A stretch of DNA of 64,000 nt. It comes from Eledone cirrhosa (Eukaryota). The position numbers and the translations under genes were made by a program. Where the stretch lies: NCBI GenBank assembly GCA_964016885.1, contig OZ024754.1, forward strand, positions 186,001 through 250,000, written 5' to 3'. Below the pieces are notes generated by a model. The model was not told the origin of the DNA, made no database searches, and worked only from the letters and a program-made list of their open reading frames with translations. Shown here one piece after another: positions 26,160 through 41,358 of this stretch (positions are counted from its first letter, which is position 1; each line of letters starts with the position of its first letter).

Positions 26160-26435
26160 TGTGCCTTTGCTCACTATAAAAGCTTCACGGCACAGGCATT
26201 GCTTTATATCTGGAGATCTCTCTGCACTTGTCGTCACATGGTACCATGGGCCCAGCACTATGTGTCAATAATTGTCACAAGTGTAGTGTTTGTTCCAGAG
26301 TTTTCAAGTCGCTGGCTGGACTAAAAAGTCACACCCGTTCGGCGCATCGGTAGGGGTTCTCCTATATGGATATAAAGTAGTGGCCGTACTCGAAAACGAG
26401 TTGGCAGCCACCATGTATGTATGTATGTATGTATG
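26160..26435 (+). mobile_element. RTE-like LINE 3' end with C-terminal C2H2 finger and (ATGT)n tail
   Basis: 26273-26353 reads CHKCSVCSRVFKSLAGLKSHTRSAHR*; 3' hairpin ACTCG-aaaa-CGAGT; (TATG)n on both sides. Confidence 0.7.
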
Positions 26436-26714
26436 TTTTCTCTTTCTCTTAATTTCGAGTATATTTTTTTGACCGGCCACCTTCCTGGTGGCAAGGTTGT
26501 AAAAGAAAAGAAATTGTCATCCCTTGAATCGCAAGAATGTTTTGCATATTTTGAAGGTGCCAGCTATGTATGTATGTATGTATGTATGTATGTATGTATG
26601 TATGTATGTATGTATGTATGTATGTATGTGTATATAAATATGATTGGATGAAAGTAGCTGGATTCCGTTTGATCATAGGTCAGCTTATTCTGGCATGACG
26701 GGAAAATTTTCAAC

Positions 26715-26990
26715 ATCGTCACCACCACCATCACTACTGCCACCGCAAGCACCACCATCACCACCACCACCACCACCACCATCACCAGCACCATCACCTC
26801 CATCAGCACCACCACCAGCACCAGCACCATCACCACCACGACCAGCACCATCACCACCACCACCAGCACCACCTCCATCAGCACCACCACCAGCATCACC
26901 TCCATCACCAGCACCACCACCACCAACACTGCTTCCATCACCATCACCATCATCATCATCAGCATCACCATCATCATCAGTAGCAGCACT
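26715..26990. repeat. (CCA/CAT)n low complexity
   Basis: Read directly. Confidence 0.9.
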
Positions 26991-27174
26991 ACAGCTAAAA
27001 ACATTGTCAGAAGCAGGAGTCAATAGATTCATCAGCAGCAGCTGTGCTGAGTCACGGGGTTTCTGACGTCACTACATCCTCGTCATGTGAGGTTGTAAAT
27101 ATAGACACACACACACACACAACACCACACATGTCTCTACTCCCCCTCATTATCTCCCCCCCTCTCTCTCTCTC

Positions 27175-27826
<652 letters not shown>

Positions 27827-27949
27827 ATGCAGACATCCTAAGAAAGTACGCAAAAACAATAAGACAGAACCCAACAATACACATCGTCAGACACTTAATG
27901 ATATACACACACAATATACTCCAACTACACACATACACACACATATGCG

Positions 27950-27991
<42 letters not shown>

Positions 27992-28050
27992 GAACTACAC
28001 ATTCGACACACAGAACACAACTCGTCCACACCTATCGATGTACTATGTAA

Positions 28051-28100
<50 letters not shown>

Positions 28101-28199
28101 CTGACTTACACGCCCTGTAATGAGACACACCCACACTTTCACACCCATCCTCATCCGCACCCCAGACATATGGTCTGATGGAATCACACCCCCATACCT

Positions 28200-28616
28200 A
28201 CACCCACTATCACCACCACCAATACTACTACTACTACTACTACTACCACTACCACTACTACTACTACTACTACCACTACTACTACTACTACTACTACCAC
28301 TACTACTACTACCACCACCACCACCACCACTATTACTACTACCACCACCACTGTTACCACCACCACCATTACTACTACCACCACCACTGTTACCACCACC
28401 ACCACTACTACCACCACCACCACCACTACTACTACCACCACCACCACCACTACCACCACTACCACCACCACCACCACCACCACCACTGTTACTACTACCA
28501 CCACCACCACTACTACTACCACTACTACTACTACTACTGTTACGTCACAGCTGAAATATACAGCAGGGAAATATACATCCTGTCATTCACAATATTATAT
28601 CATATTTATATTTAAT

Positions 28617-28669
<53 letters not shown>

Positions 28670-28969
28670 AGTGTATATGTGTATATGTGTGTATGTGTGT
28701 GGTGTGTGTGTATCTGTTTGCATGTGTCTGTATGTGTATATCTGTAAGTGTGGAGGTGTGTATGTGTGTGGAGGTGTGTGTATGTGTGTGTATGTGTGTG
28801 GAGGTGTGTGTGTGTGTGTATGTGTGTGTGTGTGTGTATGAGTGTATATGTGTATATGTGTGTATATGTGTGTATGTGTGTGTGTGTGTATCTGTTTGCA
28901 TGTGTCTGTATGTGTATATCTGTAAGTGTGGAGGTGTGTATGTGTGTGGAGGTGTGTGTATGTGTGTGG

Positions 28970-29035
<66 letters not shown>

Positions 29036-29314
29036 GCGTGTGGAGGTGTGTAGAAATTTATGTGTGTGTCTGTTTGGATGAATGGGTGTATGTGTGCGTG
29101 TATATATATAAATATATGTGTGGCTTCTGTATATCTATGTGGATGTGTGTTTTTGTGTTTGTTTCGATGTCTGTGTTAATGTTTTCACCTGCTATCTATG
29201 TGTTAGTGTGTGTCTATGTGTGTGTGTGTGTGTGTTTCTGTGTGTGTGTGTGTGTTTCTGTCTGTGTGTGTGTCTGTATGTGTGTTGTGTTTGAGTATAT
29301 TTCTGTGTCTGTGT

Positions 29315-29347
<33 letters not shown>

Positions 29348-29490
29348 CATGTGTTTTTGTGAGTGTGTACATGTGTGCCTGTGTGTATATGTGTGTCTAT
29401 GTGTGTGTGTGTGTGTATGTGTGTGTGTGTGTGTGTCTATGTGTGTGTCTGTGTGTCTGTGTGTATATGTGTGTCTATGTGTATGTGTCT
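28200..29490. repeat. (CTA/CCA)n tract followed by a long (TG)n-rich tract
   Basis: Read directly. Confidence 0.9.
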
Positions 29491-30300
29491 GGTTATACAG
29501 ACAGACATTTGGGTTTATATTAAAAATAGTAAATGTAGTTTGTTGTTGGAGATGTTTAGTAGCGATATAGCAGATCAATGGAGAAAGACGTTCCAGCCAC
29601 GACTACCACGATATTATTTTAGTTATCATCCATCTAGGTCTACATTTACATTATCCAGCATGTCTATCAGACTCTTTTATTATAAGACGCTATTGTGAGA
29701 TTGAAGTAGATTTGGCTGTTATTTCTAGAAGCCAGAAGTCCTCTTCGTTGGTCGGATTGTTGTGTGTTCCCGTTGTTGTTTAACCCTAGGTTAATCCAGA
29801 TGGAACACAAAGATCTATGTTCAAAATCATCCCATTCTTGATTTAAGGGATATTTGACCAAAAGATCTTTCAAATCACTCTACCATCTTAAATAACGAAC
29901 TTACTAAATAATTCTAGTAAGCCCTGGACAGGATGGTCGTGGCTGTAATGTCCTTTAGAGTAGATCTTTTTAATCAATATTCACCTGGGACTAAACAACA
30001 ACAACAGCACTAATTTATCAATGTAAAACAATCAATTTATCTCAATTAATCATTACAACAACGATTTTGAAGGAATAAAGAAAGAAAAGAAACAAACAAC
30101 CAACAAAAACACTTAAAATAGCAACAAAAACAAACATGGCGATACTTCGAATTTGAGAGGTTTTTATTTGAGGTCAAATCTGTTAGAAACAGGTCAACCA
30201 CAACATCTAAAGTTCCCTTATGTCTGTTGGAATGTTGAAGGTGGTAATACTATTCATCATATCTTCTAGCATTTGTTGTTGTTGTTGCTGCTTTTGTTAT

Positions 30301-30334
<34 letters not shown>

Positions 30335-30973
30335 GCTGTTGTCGTTGTTGTTGTTGTTGTTGCTGTTGTCGTTGTTGCTGTTGCTGTTACTGTTGCTTTT
30401 GTTATTGTTGTTGTTGCTTTTGTTGTTGTTGCTGCTGCTGCTGCTGCTGCTGTTGTTGTTGTTGTTGTCGTTTCGCTCCTATGTTAGCGTGGTCACGTGG
30501 CTTTGAGGGAAATAACAATAATAACAACAACTGCACAACAACAGGAACCAGGATGAACTGAAGATCTAAAGATGATGGTCCTGTAACTCCTGGTGGAGTC
30601 ATGGGGCGGCCATATTGGCATCTGGAGTTTCTTGGGCAACAGATGTTAGTGATAAGAAGTGAGAAAGAGATATAGAGGAAGAAACGACCCCAGTACCTTA
30701 CTGGTACTTTTTCATCGACCTCAGAAGGATGAAAGGCAAAGTTAACCTCGGTGGGATTTGAACTCAGAGAGCAGAGCGCCAGACCGTATTAGTGGTGGTG
30801 GTGGTGGTGGGCGTAGTGGTGGTGGGCGTAGTGGTGGTGGTGGTGGTGGTAGTGGTTGTCGTCGCCGGCGTCGTCATTGTGGTGCTCGTTGTGGTGGTGG
30901 CAGTAGTAGTAGTAGTAGTAGTTATAGAAGCCATAGTAGTAGTAGTGGTGGTAGTAGTAGTTATAGAAGCAAC

Positions 30974-31017
<44 letters not shown>

Positions 31018-31214
31018 GTCGAATGCAACAGCAACAATGACAATAGCAAGATCGACGGCGACAATAACAAGAACAACAAGAGCCGCCTTAGATGATGAGA
31101 AGATAGATTATAAGGAAATGAACTGTAATGAATATTTGTAGAAATACGATCTCTACTAATCACAGGATTCATCTCTAAGACTTAAGAACCTTCATAACGG
31201 AAGTTGTTAATCAA

Positions 31215-31257
<43 letters not shown>

Positions 31258-31320
31258 TATATATATATATATATATATATGATGTTCATATATATACACA
31301 TTTATATCTTTATATATCTT

Positions 31321-31353
<33 letters not shown>

Positions 31354-31481
31354 ATGTATATATATATAAAGTCGCATGGTCATGTTAGTATGATTTATAT
31401 GTATGGCTTTATGTGTATGTCATTCTATAGACAAGATTGATAAACGCGCGTGCGGGTCACTGTAAATAATAGATAAACGCC

Positions 31482-31568
<87 letters not shown>

Positions 31569-31705
31569 CAAGAGAGAGAGAGAGAGAAAACGTGATATGA
31601 GTGTCATTCAAGCGTCGTCATATTTAGTCATATTTAAATGTTGCAAACAAAAAGTTATACAAATTTTTACCATAGACCCTCGTCATTATACCGGATATAA
31701 TGCTA

Positions 31706-31743
<38 letters not shown>

Positions 31744-32069
31744 CCATTATACCTATATGTACATATAGATGTATAATTTGATTAAAATACCAGGGAGCCG
31801 GACTGGGGATATTCCCTTAAAGTTTTATTTTTGCAAAAAAAACACTATTTTGATATATTTCAATGGCCTTGTTACGTAAGACCCTGGCGACATCATCAGG
31901 TTCTGATTGCATAATTAGTTAATCAATAAAAGGAATTACTGCAAACACAAATAGAGAATAGAGAAAATATTTGATTCGGAGATGGTGTTATTGTTACGGG
32001 AGATGAACTCCATTTAATCTAAAGTAAATTAGTTGAATCACTAGAATGGTGGATTATATTATATATATA

Positions 32070-32251
32070 TTGGCAGTATCGGTAGAGGGTCGGACGTCAT
32101 GCTTTCTAGCATAGAATTACGGCCCTTTCCATTCTGAGTTCAAATCCCGCCGAGGTCAACTTTGCCTTTCATCCTTACGGGGTCGATAAAATAAAGTACC
32201 AGTAATGTACTGAGTAATTGCTGGCCCTGCGCCAAAAGTAGAAACAATTAT
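32070..32251 (+). mobile_element. SINE family A, near full length
   Basis: Box A TGGCAGTATCGG, box B GAGTTCAAATCC, 3' end gtagaaacaatta. Confidence 0.9.
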
Positions 32252-32941
32252 ATTTGTCATTCTTCCCTCCAGTTTCAACAAACTGTGTACGAGGCTGATC
32301 GACTCGATAAAAATACGGTTCTGTGATCTTTGGACTAATGTTTTAAAGTCAGTTTTATACATCAGGGACAGGGTTATGTTTGCATCATAATTTGTTAGTT
32401 ATGAGGAAACAGGTAAGGCCGCACCATATTATTTCTATTCTTATCTGAAACTAGTTCCCTATATAGTTAATAACATTTGTGAAAGTATCAGTGTCAGCAT
32501 TATCTATTTTGTCTTCCATTAAACCTTGTAGTCAACTGGAGAGACACTGTACAGAAGTTTGATATGGAAGCTCTTTAAAAAATGAAAGTGACATTAGTTA
32601 ATAAAGTCTCAGGCACACAATAACTGAGAAAAGATGGGATAGTCACATCTGGAATGCTTTTGATCATATGTCTATTCAATCGAGCTGATTTGAGACTAAA
32701 CAACAACATATGCAGAGCTTTTGTACATGAAATAATATAGGGGACAGGTATTATCTATATACGAAAAGCCAATCTAATATGTATGAATTTAATTATAAAA
32801 TATTCACAACATATAATATATATGAAATGTATATTGTACTTGTGACATTTCCAGCTGGGTACAAACAGGGTGTATCAAGTTTACTCTCCTTACCTTTGTA
32901 CATAATACAAAGGGGTTACACACACACACACACACAGAGAG

Positions 32942-32973
<32 letters not shown>

Positions 32974-33035
32974 CGATAGAACATAATACAAAGGGATTAC
33001 ATTGTTGACACACGCACATACACACTCACTCTCAT

Positions 33036-33091
<56 letters not shown>

Positions 33092-33360
33092 CGATAGAAG
33101 AAGAAGAACGAGGAGGGGGAGGAGGAGGAGATGATGATAGTTGGTGGAGCAAGGTGTTTTCAAATAAACCAGTTGCATTCTACTTTAGGACAAAGACGTG
33201 TAAAAAAGTTAAAACAATGTACACCTGCCTCTCTTGTAACCAAGCAGTGACACGGCGCACTTTAGACCCTCATCACCACAAGGTGTTCTTCTCAATGATT
33301 AGTGCACGCGCATTAAAGTGACTCGGCGTCTTGACTTTGTCATGTATGATTCACAAGCAC

Positions 33361-34795
33361 CGCTGTTGATCCAGTGATATTAAGTCTGAACTATACACAC
33401 CGCTGTTGATCCAGTGATATTAAGTCTGAACTACAAACACTGCTGTTGATCCAGTGATATTAAGTCTGAACTACAAACACTGCTGTTGATCCAGTGATAT
33501 TAAGTCTGAACTATACACACCGCTGTTGATCCAGTGATATTAAGTCTGAACTATACACACCGCTGTTGGTCCAGTGATATTAAGTCTGAACTATACACAC
33601 CGCTGTTGATCCAGTGATATTAAGTCTGAACTACAAACACTGCTGTTGATCCAGTGATATTAAGTCTGAACTACAAACACCGCTGTTGATCCAGTGATAT
33701 TAAGTCTGAACTATACACACCGCTGTTGATCCAGTGATATTAAGTCTGAACTACAAACACCGCTGTTGATCCAGTGATATTAAGTCTGAACTACAAACAC
33801 TGCTGTTGATCCAGTGATATTAAGTCTGAACTATACACACCGCTGTTGGTCCAGTGATATTAAGTCTGAACTACAAACACCGCTGTTGATCCAGTGATAT
33901 TAAGTCTGAACTATACACACCGCTGTTGATCCAGTGATATTAAGTCTGAACTACAAACACCGCTGTTGATCCAGTGATATTAAGTCTGAACTACAAACAC
34001 TGCTGTTGATCCAGTGATATTAAGTCTGAACTATACACACCGCTGTTGGTCCAGTGATATTAAGTCTGAACTACAAACACCGCTGTTGATCCAGTGATAT
34101 TAAGTCTGAACTATACACACCACTGTTGATCCAGTCTCATTGAGTCTGAACTACAAACACCGCTGTTGATCCAGTCTCATTGAGTCTGAACTACAAACAC
34201 CGCTGTTGATCCAGTCTTATTGAGTCTGAACAACAAACACTGCTGTTGATCCAGTCTTATTGAGTCTGAACAACAAACGCCGCTGTTGATCCAGTCTTAT
34301 TGAGTCTGAACAACAAACGCCGCTGTTGATCCAGTCTTATTGAGTCTGAACAACAAACTCTGCTGTTGATCCAGTCTTATTGAGTCTGAACAACAAACAC
34401 CGCTGTTGATCCAGTCTTATTGAGTCTGAACAACAAACGCCGCTGTTGATCCAGTCTTATTGAGTCTCAACAACAAACGCCGCTGTTGATCCAGTCTTAT
34501 TGAGTCTGAACAACAAACACTGCTGTTGATCCAGTCTTATTGAGTCTGAACAACAAACGCCGCTGTTGATCCAGTCTTATTGAGTCTGAACAACAAACGC
34601 CGCTGTTGATCCAGTCTTATTGAGTCTGAACAACAAACGCCGCTGTTGATCCAGTCTTATTGAGTCTGAACAACAAACACCGCTGTTGATCCAGTCTTAT
34701 TGAGTCTGAACAACAAACGCCGCTGTTGATCCAGTCTTATTGAGTCTGAACAACAAACGCCGCTGTTGATCCAATCTTATTGAGTCTGAACTACA
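33361..34795. repeat. 40-bp minisatellite, 36 units in three variant blocks
   Basis: Unit CGCTGTTGATCCAGTGATATTAAGTCTGAACTAYAMACAC: 19 units with GATATTAAG, 2 with CTCATTGAG, 15 with CTTATTGAG. Confidence 0.97.
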
Positions 34796-34881
34796 GGCGC
34801 GCTCTTGTCGCCAGAGTACAGGTCATTTTCCACAACCCACCTTTATGAAAGATATGAATGAGAGAGGCTTTGAAGCGGCCG

Positions 34882-34915
<34 letters not shown>

Positions 34916-35189
34916 CGTGAGGACGTGGCAAAGTTGACAGGGGTGGGATTGGAACTCTGATTACAGAGAGCCGGAATAAAAACCACCAGCATTCTATCCA
35001 ATACCTACATATACTTTATAAATGAACCCAAATATACAACTGGTACTTGATATATTGTATACGTGGCCCCATATATATGGTATACGTGGTTTTACTCCTG
35101 TGTAAGAAAACAGTTTACAGAACCTAAATAGAGCTATCCCAAGAATACACACACACACATGTACACAGACATATGTACACACACACACA

Positions 35190-35286
<97 letters not shown>

Positions 35287-35591
35287 ATATTTATATATAT
35301 ACAATATACAGGCATAAGTGTTATTTGATACGCGCATATAGGAGTAATGATGTGTAAGCATGTGACTACAGACACACATACACACATAACACATACACAC
35401 ACATGCATACACAGTGTAGCTTCTACGTCATCACTCAGACAACCAATCAGCTGTCCGTCTAGACGGTAGTCTCTATATGGTGGTCAATATTTTAGTCATG
35501 TGCCAAGAGCTGTCCCAGTGTAATGAGGAAAACTCTCTTTTAGAATTCTGTATGGATTTAATCTTGCCATTCATGCAAACATTGCATTGTT

Positions 35592-35644
<53 letters not shown>

Positions 35645-35875
35645 AGTATCACTGCCAATATGAATGAGTATGTGATAAAGTAGCATATATATATATATGC
35701 ATATATGTATATAAAAAAAAAAAAATATATATATATGTATGTAAATATATATTCAGCGAGAATCGTATTTCGGCTGGTAGAAAAAGCGAAACGAAACGCA
35801 AAATCGTAGAAATGCTGGCATTTATTTTATATATATATGTATATATATATATGTGTGTATATATATACATATATA

Positions 35876-35919
<44 letters not shown>

Positions 35920-35970
35920 TATATGTATATAAAAAAATATATATATGTATGTATATATATGTGTATATAT

Positions 35971-36005
<35 letters not shown>

Positions 36006-37584
36006 ATATATATATAGGAAGAGGGAGACCGGCCTGGCTATTGGATTGTCATAACGTTATGTATTATAGATTACATATACACGGAAATTGAGGGGTGTAC
36101 AAGAGGCAAAGTATGTGTATATGCGTATATGTGTGTGTGTAGACATATTCATATATATATATATACTCATGTATATATACATACATATATGTGCGAGTGT
36201 ATATATATATGTGTGAAGGGAGTTGTATTGTTAACTACATGCGTATATATATATGTGTGTATGTATGTATGTACGTATGTATGTATGTGTATATGTATGT
36301 ATATATGTATATATGTATGTATTTGTGTATGTATTTGTGTATGTATTTGTGTATTTGTGTATATATGTATGTATTTGTGTATATATATGTATGTATTTGT
36401 GTATATATATATGTATTTGTGAATATATATATGTATTTGTGTATATATATATGTATTTGTGTATATATGTATGACTATGTATATATATATGTATGTATGT
36501 ATTTGTGTATGTATACATGTATGTATGTGTATATGTATATATGTATGTATTTGTGTATGTATATATGTATGTATGTGTATATATATATGTGTATGTATAT
36601 ATGTATGTATGTATTTTATGTATTTGTGTATGTATATATATGTATGTATGTGTGTGTATGTGTTCATTCAATTTGTCCCACCACCAACTGACTTAAGTAC
36701 TTTATTGATTTATCCAGTCTTGCACTTTACTGAACAAAGAATCTTCTACACTACATTAACCAACCACCACCACCACCACCACCACAACAACAACAACAAC
36801 AAGGATATTATCATTAATAACAAAAAACATAACAGTAGGGCACCACTTCTAGAAACTACGGTGAAACGATCTGCTGGAAATAGTAGCGAAACTCCCTCAA
36901 CTGACATCCAGAGCTGGATATATGGGGTCATGTGTGGTACTGTCCCTAATATATACATATGATGAGATGATTAGAGTAAAAACAAGATAGACATATTGCA
37001 TAATGTATTCCGTGGTATACACGATATCAGAAAAGAAGCTCTGATCTGGTTCTAAACAACAACACTAGCAGTGATAATAACATTTACACCAACGAAGTAT
37101 TCTCTATGTGATTACTCGGGCTTCTATAAATAGCAGCCAAATCTCCCTCAAATGATGTCGATCATTGAAATAAAGAAAGACATTGTAGGTAACTACTCAT
37201 TGTCGTCGTAGATATAGACCGCCATGATTGCAAGACTTGTGGTCAGATGTCTTCTAAGTCAGGGTTGACCAAGAGTTAAATAACAATAACGCAGTTCCAT
37301 TACAATTATTACCTGCAGCAGTATGACTGCCTCTACGTACTCACGCGACCTACTAAAAATAGCAGTCTAACTTCCCTCAAATCATACACTAATGCCTTTA
37401 AAATGGACGAACTGGTTATCACACTTCGTAGAGAAATATTTCTATTATAGATTTCCAATTTAGGCACAAGACCAGCAAATTAGGGTACACGGCAAAGTTG
37501 ATTAAATCAATTCCAGTACATGACTGGTACTATATTTAAAGGATACAGGAAGGGTGAAAAGCAAATAAGACTTTATTTAATGAG

Positions 37585-37649
<65 letters not shown>

Positions 37650-37681
37650 TATGGAGAGAAAGAGAGAGACAGGCTGGCAGA

Positions 37682-37751
<70 letters not shown>

Positions 37752-37856
37752 GAGAGATAGATAGATAGATATATAGCTAGATAGATAGATAGATAGGTAT
37801 AGGATTATCCGAATGAAAGCTTTTAGTGAACGTTTATAAGTATACAAACTCATTCG

Positions 37857-37927
37857 CACACAGATCAACGAGAACACTCACAGCTCAACGAGAACACACA
37901 CAGATCAACGAGAACACACACAGATTG
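37857..37927. repeat. 20-bp tandem repeat (CACAGATCAACGAGAACACA), about 3.4 units
   Basis: Read directly. Confidence 0.8.
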
Positions 37928-38388
37928 ATGTTCAGTAGGAGTATAAGTAGAGCGGGGGTCAATAGGAGTAGATTGTGAGTTGAAATACAGGACAGTAGGA
38001 GAAGATTAAAGTAAAAGCAACATTAAAAGATGAAACAGTATATAGATATATTATATATATATATATATACACACATGTACATACATACATATATACACAC
38101 ACATATATAATTATATATATATATATATATTTGCACGTATGTGTGCATATGTTTATATTTGTATGAGCCTCAATTTGCACGTGGTGCGTGTATGCATATA
38201 TATGTGTAGTTTACAAAACCCCTAATAAGGATCTTTCATGGTAATTAATCATCTGTGTAGTTATCTATGTATTCATGTTTTTCTATATATGTGTATTTAT
38301 GATGGAACGTGTGAATTTATAAGTGTTTGTATATATGTATGTATATGTATATGTACGTATGTATTTATATATATGTTTATATATGTAT

Positions 38389-38425
<37 letters not shown>

Positions 38426-39094
38426 CATATAGATATATATAAGATATATATATGTATGTAGGTTGTTGATTCTGTTAATATAGAGTATATATAGATCTGC
38501 TGTACACAGACTTACATATGTTTGTTTTTTACCAAATCAATCACATGTCCAATAGTTTAAGTAGATTGGACATGTCTGTTTGTTGATTTGTTATGTTTAG
38601 TATGGAGTCTCTCAAGAAGACGATTTGGTAGCTTATCAAGCTACTAACAGAACGTCTGTATATACGTGTGGCTGTGTGTGTGTATATATATACACACATA
38701 TATGGTGGCAGGGCTGTATGTATATGGTCATACAGACATTGTATATGCATATATATATGTAAATACATATACATATATATATATATATAATTATATACAT
38801 GCATATATTATATATATATGGTGGAAGGTTTATATGTATGTACATATATATATGTTTGTGTGTTTCTTATTTCCTCAATTATTTTAATTCTTCCGGTAGT
38901 GATGGAGCTAGTTTCCAATTAAACGAAGATCAGTCATTGGAATTTGGATAACAAAAAAAAAAAAAATGTTTTTATCACACGTTAATGTTTAGAAATGTCT
39001 TGTATATTTCTACTGTTCCACTAACATATTGTGTTTGTTATTTGTATGTTTTAATTGGTTAATATAATCTTTTGAAGACTTTGCTTTTTCTGAC

Positions 39095-39495
39095 TGTGAC
39101 GTAGACGAATTAGGACACCCTGCAAGATGAAAACCAAGACCCGCGAAAAGGCGGAGAAACTGAGGAGTCAACGGCCATCCAATAAAGTTTTATTTTTGTG
39201 GAGCGAGAGACTGCTAGTGTTCAGTTAGACATCTCTCTAGGGAGAAGGTCACTCTGATATAAAACCTGCGACTTCGTTTGCATCCAATAATGTAGGGACC
39301 AGTTCTGGTAAATGCATTCGATGTCGAGAGAGGGAGGGATTGGCCCCGTGTAAAGCCTTTCCGCACTTAAAACAGCTTCAAGCGCAGGCATCGCTTGATA
39401 GGCGACAATTTTTACGATGAATGGTACTGCTGGCCACAGGCAAGTCCCTAGCAATGGTATTACTCGAAATCGAGTTGCAGCCATCATGTATGTAT
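39095..39495 (+). mobile_element. Short non-autonomous RTE derivative (5' UTR-like part joined to an RTE 3' end)
   Basis: CTAGGGAGAAGGTCACTCTGATATAAAACC resembles the recalled RTE 5' UTR motif; the end TACTCGAAATCGAGTTGCAGCCATCATGTATGTA matches 26387-26420. Confidence 0.6.
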
Positions 39496-39844
39496 CGATC
39501 TATCGAACCATCCACCTACCCATCCATTAATATACATTATATAGACATACATTATATACACATTATATACATTATACACACATTATATACACTTTATATA
39601 CACATTATATACCCATTATATACACATTATATACATATTATATACACTTTATATACACATATACATTATATATACATTATATACATTATACACACATTAT
39701 ATACACTTTATATACACATTATATACACATTATATACCCATTATATACACATTATATACACATTATATACACGTATGTCTACAAAGAGACAGTATGAAAG
39801 TATGGACGGAGAAATAGACAGCTGGCTGGATCTGACCTATCACT

Positions 39845-39935
<91 letters not shown>

Positions 39936-40859
39936 TGCACATTTACACATATAGTCATACACATACTGACACACACAGATACAGACACATGCGTATTAAT
40001 ACACATGTGTAGACACACGCACGTACACACACACACGTACACACACACATACTCACACATTTACTCTCTCTCTTTATCGCTCTCTCACACACACACGCAC
40101 GCACACTTAAACATATATTCATACACATATACTGACACACACAGATACAGACACATGCATATTAATACACACACACACACGTACGCACACACACTCACAC
40201 ATTCACTCTCTCTCTTTCTCGCGCTCTCACACACACACGCACGCACACTTAAACATATATTCATACACATATACTGACACACACATATACAGACACATAC
40301 GTACCAATACTCATGTATAGACACACACACAAACATACACACAATTTCCCTACAGTTGCGTGATTGTCAAGGAGCCACGAAAGAAATCTTCTTTGTGGTT
40401 ATTCAACTTTATAGAAACAGCAGCGAAATTCCCCTCAGATCACACGTATTGTCTTGCAACAAAATCAGTAATAACAGCAATGCAGGTAGCCCCCCCCCCC
40501 CACCCCACCTTGATTAGGATTTAGCTGAGTTAAATATTTGTTCGGAGTCATTGAGTTCGGAGTTCAAATCCCGCCGAGGTTCTGCTTTTAGGGGTCGATC
40601 AAAAAGAAGTATCAACCCCTTGGTTGTGCAGCCCAGACTTCTTCCAGCTGAATGTTCCCCTGAATCAAGAGAGGAAGAATTGAGAGGGTGTCCATGTCTG
40701 CTCGGGAATACATAGACACTTAAACCCATGGTACATCTCTTCCTTGTTTTGTTCTAGTCCTAATTTTCAGAAAATAAACAAACGGTAAACTTAAACATAG
40801 ACAAGAAACAGTCGGGTTTCCACCTAGTTACCCTCTACCAAAGAAAAGGTATAAGGTAC

Positions 40860-40975
40860 TAGTCAACCTGTGGTTATAGCAGGAATAATAGAAGATACTT
40901 TGTTCAAAGGTGTCACGCTATAAGACGGAATCTGAGACATCGTGGCTGCGACCACCTTAACTACATAACTATGGC
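40860..40975 (-). mobile_element. Degenerate CORE-type tRNA SINE head
   Basis: tagaagatactttgttcaaaggtgtcacgc resembles the reverse of the CORE-like 'ccttgggcaagtgtcttcta'. Confidence 0.45.
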
Positions 40976-41042
40976 GACACCTAGAAATAAATGGCTCTTC
41001 TTCTTTACAACACGTTATGTTGACATTAAGAATGAAATAATC

Positions 41043-41073
<31 letters not shown>

Positions 41074-41272
41074 CAACAACACCAACACCAACAACAACAG
41101 CAACAGCAACAACAACAACACTAAATAGAAAATAAACAACACAAAGAATAAACAAATAATTATTATTGAAAGTAAAGAAAGATAATTATATTTCATGTCA
41201 CACTCTGTTTACTTATATCACTGGTATGTGCTGTTGTATATATGTATATATATGTATGTATATGTGGTGTTG

Positions 41273-41311
<39 letters not shown>

Positions 41312-41358
41312 ATGTGTGTATATGTGGTGTTGTATATATGTAAATATATATATTTATA

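Noticed and set aside
26273-26353. Host C2H2 zinc-finger gene exon
   Set aside because: Single finger followed by a stop, a LINE-type 3' hairpin and an (ATGT)n tail.
33361-34795. CRISPR-like regular array
   Set aside because: No unique spacers, no cas genes, eukaryotic context.
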